This document shows, piece by piece, positions 59,214 to 64,000 of a DNA stretch of 64,000 bases. A program made the translations under genes and the position numbers. The first letter of the stretch is position 1. The number at the start of each line of letters is the position of its first letter. A model generated the notes under the pieces. The model did no database searches, was not told the origin of the DNA, and was given only the letters and a program-made list of their open reading frames with translations. The stretch is from Candidatus Velthaea sp. (GTDB lineage Bacteria > Vulcanimicrobiota > Vulcanimicrobiia > Vulcanimicrobiales > Vulcanimicrobiaceae), in contig JBEKHC010000001.1 in assembly GCA_050012475.1 (NCBI GenBank), forward strand, positions 122,108 to 186,107. The letters run 5' to 3'.

Positions 59214-60661
59214 ATGATGGAACCGATCGGCCTCGAGCCGCTGTTCCCCGATCGTGATTCGCCCGAGCCGCTCGGGCGGCAGTTCGTGCGCCGGCTGCGG
59301 CACGCGATCGAAAACGGGATCTTCAAACCGCAATCGCGATTGCTGCCCAGCCGCGAGCTCGCCTTGCGCTTGGGGCTATCGCGCAATACGGTCACGTCGG
59401 CGATCGAACAGCTCATCGCCGAAGGCTATCTGGAGTCGCGAGTCGGATCGGGAACGTTCGTCGCAGCCACGATCGTGAAGCGATCGCCGCCCCCGCTCGT
59501 GATCCCCGAGCGCATCCCCGAGAGCGCCGAGCGGTACCTGGCCGTGCGCCCCTTGATCGCGCGGTACGGAACGCGGTTTGGGCCGCTGCGGACCGGTATC
59601 CCCGACTTGGCGGGGTTTCCATTCGGGACGTGGGCGCGCTTGAAGCGGCGCACCATCGCCGAGCTTGACGCGCATCTCGACTACGGTGAAGTTTCCGGCA
59701 ACAGCGCGCTGCGCGAAGCGATCGCCGCGCACGTGCAGCAGTTTCGCGGAATCACGACCGATCCGGACAATGTCATCGTCGTCGAGGGAACGCTGGCCGC
59801 ACTGCGGCTGGCCGCCGATGTGTTGATGAACGAAGGCGATGCGGTGCTCATCGAAGACCCGGGCTATCCGTTGGCCCAAGCCATTTTCGTCACGCGCAAC
59901 ATGCGGCTGGTTCCCGTCAACGTCGACGCCGATGGACTGCAAACGCACAGCGCTCCCGCGGCACGTCTGGCGTACGTCACGCCCTCGCACCAGTTTCCGC
60001 TGGGTGCGGCTTTGACGGTCGAACGGCGTCACCAGCTACTCGACTGGGCGGTCGACCGCGACGCCTAGCCATCGAAGACGACTACGACAGCGAGTTCGCC
60101 TATGGGGCCAAGCCGCTTCCCGCGCTGCAAAGTTTGGATCGCTTCGGCCGCGTCATCTATGTCGGATCGTTCAGCAAAACCCTGGCGCCTGGATTGCGAC
60201 TGGGCTATCTCATCGTGCCCGCGCATCTCGCCGAGGCGTTCCGCATCGCGCGCTTGGTGACGACGCTCGGCGGCACGCGCTACGTGCAAGCGACACTCGC
60301 CGATTTCGTCGCCGAAGGCCATTTCGCACGTCACGTGCGGCGCATGACGCGCAGCTATGCCGAGCGGCGCCGGGCTCTCTTGCAGGTGCTCGAAGCCGGT
60401 TTGCCCACGCCGCGATTTCGCGTCGGATTCGGAAACGTGGGTTTGCACGTCGCCGTGCTCGCGGCGGATCCCGATTTCGACGACGCCGCCGTGACGGCGG
60501 CGCTGCGTCCCGCCGGCATCCACGTCGAACCTCTGAGTTCGATGTGCGTTGCGCGCACGGATTGTCGCGGCTTCATGGTCGGCTACAGCGCTGCGCCCGC
60601 GGGCGACATCGAACGGGCCGCGCTCGCGCTCGTGCGCGCGATCGCCAAAGGCTTGAACTGA
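59214..60661 (+). pseudogene. MocR/GabR-family regulator split by a 1-nt deletion near 60066
   Basis: GntR HTH LPSRELA..SRNTV, TPSHQFPLG; GCC TAG CC then IEDDYDSEF..GSFSKTLAPGLRLGY in the next frame. Confidence 0.85.
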
Positions 60662-60871
60662 AAGCCGCGCGGCGTCTTGGAGATCGAACGGGCGGGCCCA
60701 TTGGCGCCGCGGTTTCGAGCGGAATTGGACCTTCTCCGGCCGGTGTCGCTCTTGTACAATCGCTTGAAGTGCGACGCGCACTGCGTCGCGACGGAAAACC
60801 GTTGGCGAAGATTTCGCGACGTGTGCGGCGCGGCTAAATCACCCGACGTTAGAAAAATATGAGGATCGAAC

Positions 60872-61222
60872 GTGACAGTCGCCGTGTTAGACAACGCTCA
60901 TGATCCGACGGGCGGTCCATCCGAGGACGATCATCGCACCGCGCTCGTCGAAATGCTGCGCACGGCGTTGGTTCGCGCGGGCGCCCGCGAGTCACGCTCC
61001 GACACGCAGGACGGATTTTATTTCGTCGACGGTGAGCCCGGCACGGTGTGCATGGAATATAGCGAGCCCGAACGCGACGGGCCGTTATCGCGCGCAGCCT
61101 TGGTCCGGCGCCGCGACGTCGCGGTGCTCAACTGCTGCGCGGAACTCGCCCGGCACGGCTACGCGTTCAGCTTGTTCCTGTCGCCACGTACGCTAACGCT
61201 CACGGTTCGAACCGACTGCTGA
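60872..61222 (+). CDS. Hypothetical protein
   Basis: GAGGA RBS, GTG start, 116 aa; TACAAT upstream. Confidence 0.55.
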   Translation: MTVAVLDNAHDPTGGPSEDDHRTALVEMLRTALVRAGARESRSDTQDGFYFVDGEPGTVCMEYSEPERDGPLSRAALVRRRDVAVLNCCAELARHGYAFSLFLSPRTLTLTVRTDC

Positions 61223-61302
61223 CCGCTGCAAGCCCAGCGTCGTCGCCCCTGCATTGAAATGCGGCGGCGCTCGGTTTTTGCCGGCGTACCTTCCGGCGTC
61301 GA

Positions 61303-62673
61303 TTAAACCAGCGCGACCTCCGGTAAGTCGCGCAGCGCCGAGTCCAGGTCGGCCTCCTCGAACGTGACGTCCTGCAGTTTGCCGGCGAAGTAATCGGTGT
61401 AGGCTTGCATGTCGAAGTGGCCATGGCCGGAGAGATTGAAGAGAATCGTTTCCGATCGCCCTTCGGCTTTGCAGCGCAGCGCCTCGTCGATCGCAGCTTT
61501 GACGGCATGATTCGATTCTGGGGCGGGGACGATGCCCTCGGTGCGTGCGAATTGCACGCCGGCGGCGAAGCATTCCAGTTGGTTGTAGGCGCGCGCTTCG
61601 ATCAGGCCCAAGTCTTTGACGTGGCTCACCAGCGGCGCCATCCCGTGATAGCGCAGGCCGCCTGCGTGGATCCCCGGCGGCATGAAACTCGAGCCTAACG
61701 TGAACATCTTGACCAGCGGTGTCAGATGCGCGGTATCGCCGAAGTCGTAGGTGTACCGGCCGCGTGTGAGCGTCGGACAAGCCGCCGGTTCGACGGCGAT
61801 CACGCGCGCTTTCGACCGTCCGGCGATCTTGTCGCGCAGATACGGAAAGGTGAGGCCGGCAAAGTTGCTGCCGCCGCCGGCGCAGCCGATGACGACGTCC
61901 GGCTCCGCTTCCGCGTCGCTCATCTGCAGCATCGCTTCTTCGCCGATGATCGTTTGATGCAAGAGCACGTGGTTGAGAACCGAACCCAGCGAGTACTTCG
62001 TATCGTCACGCTGCGCCGCGACTTCGACGGCCTCGGAGATCGCGATTCCCAGCGATCCAGTTGAGTCGGGATGTGCTTCGAGGACAGCCCGGCCCGAAGC
62101 CGTGAGCGATGACGGGCTGGCGACGCACCGCGCGCCGTACGTTTCCATCAGCGCCCGCCGGTAGGGTTTCTGGCCGTAGCTCACTTTGACCATGAAGACG
62201 TCGACTTCGAGTCCGAACAGCGAACCGGCGAAGGCCAGCGATGAGCCCCATTGCCCGGCGCCCGTTTCAGTCGTCAGCCGTTTGACCCCGGCCTCCTTGT
62301 TGTAGAACGCTTGGGCCACGGCGGTATTGGGCTTATGACTGCCGGCCGGACTCACGCCCTCGTACTTGTAGAAGATCTTGGCGGGGGTATCGAGGGCCCG
62401 TTCGAGGCCGCGGGCGCGAAAGAGCGGCGACGGCCGCCACATGCGATAGATGTTGCGCACGGGCTCGGGTATCTCGATCCAGCGTTCCGTCGATACTTCT
62501 TGGGCAATGATCGCCATCGGAAAAATGGGCTCGAGGTCGGCCGGCCCGATCGGCTGCCCGGTCCCCGGATGCAGCACGGGGGCCGGCGGCACCGGCAGAT
62601 CGGCAGCGAGATTGTACCAGGCTCGGGGCATCTGCTTTTCGCTGAGCAGATATTTTAACTTCGCTGCACACAT
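61303..62673 (-). CDS. trpB2: TrpB-like PLP enzyme (TrpB2), no adjacent trpA
   Basis: [48 protein letters not shown]. Confidence 0.93.
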   Translation of the reverse strand: MCAAKLKYLLSEKQMPRAWYNLAADLPVPPAPVLHPGTGQPIGPADLEPIFPMAIIAQEVSTERWIEIPEPVRNIYRMWRPSPLFRARGLERALDTPAKIFYKYEGVSPAGSHKPNTAVAQAFYNKEAGVKRLTTETGAGQWGSSLAFAGSLFGLEVDVFMVKVSYGQKPYRRALMETYGARCVASPSSLTASGRAVLEAHPDSTGSLGIAISEAVEVAAQRDDTKYSLGSVLNHVLLHQTIIGEEAMLQMSDAEAEPDVVIGCAGGGSNFAGLTFPYLRDKIAGRSKARVIAVEPAACPTLTRGRYTYDFGDTAHLTPLVKMFTLGSSFMPPGIHAGGLRYHGMAPLVSHVKDLGLIEARAYNQLECFAAGVQFARTEGIVPAPESNHAVKAAIDEALRCKAEGRSETILFNLSGHGHFDMQAYTDYFAGKLQDVTFEEADLDSALRDLPEVALV

Positions 62674-62758
62674 TTCGCCCATGCCTCCAAAAGCCGAAGC
62701 CACGCGTTCGAACCGCGCCGCTTCAACGTGTTTCGCGCTCGTTTCGCCGTTTCATGCG

Positions 62759-64000
62759 TTAGGCCGGCTGCGCACCCGGTAACGGCGCGTCGGCGCTAAA
62801 TGTCCGGTCGCGCGAAGCCTCCTCGAGACCCAAGCCATTGGGCTCGGGCAGGAGCGTCCAGGTCAAGGCGAATCCGGCGATGCAGCAGACGCCGGCGACC
62901 CACATCGGCCCGGGTAACCCGAATCGTGCCTGCAGCAGCGGGAAGCCGAACGTTCCGACGGCTGCGCCGATTTTGCCGATCGTTGCCGAGATGCCGTGGC
63001 TGGTGGTCCGAACGCTCACCGGGAAAATCTCCGCCGGCACGACGAACGTGGTCGTGTTCGGTCCGAACTCGGTGAAGAAATAGTTCAAGCAGTACAGTGC
63101 GACAAACGGAACCAAGATGGCCTTGGCGTCGCCGATGAACGCGATCCCGATGAAGCTGGCGGCCATGAGCGCGAAACCGAGGAGCTGAATCGGTTTGCGT
63201 CCCCAGCGATCCATCCCGTAGATCGCGAGCAGATAGCCGGGAAACGCCGCGAACGTGAAGACGAGCAACGAGAGCAGCAGATCGTGAATTTGGCTGCCGT
63301 TTGGGCTTACGGCTGAAACGAATTGCTGGTTCGAGATCGTGTTGCCGTAATACGCCAGATCGAGCAAGAACCACGTCAGCGACGTTCCGGCAAGCCATTT
63401 CACGAGCTGCGGATCCGGGCCGAACGTTTGGCGAAGTGCCGCTACGAAGCCCACTCGCTGTGCTTTGCGGGCGACGTCGTCGGGCTTCCCTTCGTTCAAT
63501 TGCGCGAAGCGCGGCGTCTCTTTGAGGTGCCGGCGCGCCCAGAACACGGCGAGCGGCGGCAGTGCGCCGGCCGCGAGCAAAATCCGCCACACGAGATCTT
63601 GGGGCACGCGCGCCGCGATCAACGCGATTGCAAGCAACGGGCCGACGATGAGGCCGATGCCCTGCATTGCGAACACGATCGCGATCAGGAACCCGCGGGT
63701 CTTTTTCCCGGCGAACTCGCTGGCAATCGTCGCACTGACGGGATAGTCGCCGCCGATGCCCAGCCCCAGGACGAATCGAAAAACGACGAGCCACCAGATG
63801 TTCGGCGAGAACGCCGACGCGATGGCGCCCGCTCCGAGCACGAGAACCTCGAAGCCATAGATGTATTTGCGGCCGAACACGTCGGCGATGCGCCCGAAGA
63901 CTGCCGATCCAATCGCTGCCGAAACGAGCGCGGTGGCACCGACGAGTGCGGTTTGCAGTGAACTGATATGCCACGGCCCGTGAAGCACCTTGAGCACAAC
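62759..64000 (-). CDS. MFS transporter, phosphate:H+ symporter/sugar-porter-like (runs off window end)
   Basis: GRIADVFGRK, GIGGDYPVSATIASE, WFLLDLAYYG, FGPNTTTF, PAEIFP. Confidence 0.9.
   Translation of the reverse strand, partial: VVLKVLHGPWHISSLQTALVGATALVSAAIGSAVFGRIADVFGRKYIYGFEVLVLGAGAIASAFSPNIWWLVVFRFVLGLGIGGDYPVSATIASEFAGKKTRGFLIAIVFAMQGIGLIVGPLLAIALIAARVPQDLVWRILLAAGALPPLAVFWARRHLKETPRFAQLNEGKPDDVARKAQRVGFVAALRQTFGPDPQLVKWLAGTSLTWFLLDLAYYGNTISNQQFVSAVSPNGSQIHDLLLSLLVFTFAAFPGYLLAIYGMDRWGRKPIQLLGFALMAASFIGIAFIGDAKAILVPFVALYCLNYFFTEFGPNTTTFVVPAEIFPVSVRTTSHGISATIGKIGAAVGTFGFPLLQARFGLPGPMWVAGVCCIAGFALTWTLLPEPNGLGLEEASRDRTFSADAPLPGAQPA

Noticed and set aside
60066..60068. Amber readthrough or pyrrolysine in the MocR gene
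   Set aside because: The conserved continuation IEDDYD is in a different frame, so it is a deletion rather than an in-frame stop

Overview
GC-rich bacterial chromosomal window, mostly housekeeping. It mixes Terrabacteria-type genes (rnj, alpha2 glyQS, LCP, futalosine mqnEAC) with diderm envelope genes (TolC, TonB-C); I infer a diderm Terrabacteria lineage such as Eremiobacterota/Vulcanimicrobiota, unverified. Core genes: MacAB-TolC-like exporter, rnj, ftsK, mqnEAC, mnmA, rodZ, yajQ, rimO, secA, prfB with its programmed +1 frameshift, udg, rlmN, glyQS, trpB2 and three diguanylate cyclases. There are two accessory patches. 35.9-39.1 kb holds small ORFs, an 18-bp tandem array and adhP. About 43.1-53.6 kb looks like a decayed mobile element, with relaxase-helicase, resolvase, MCP and ETF-QO remnants around intact ECF42 and ECF41 sigma modules. 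I saw no CRISPR array, rRNA, tRNA or intact transposase, and no clearly complete novel multi-gene system. Best leads: the decayed island, a candidate sRNA/attenuator at 43.3 kb, REP/MITE-like repeats, a 25-bp motif shared upstream of secA and rodZ, sigma28-like promoters on the cyclases, and an unannotated 57-aa CxxC/HxxH protein. All family calls come from motif recognition by eye, not database searches.
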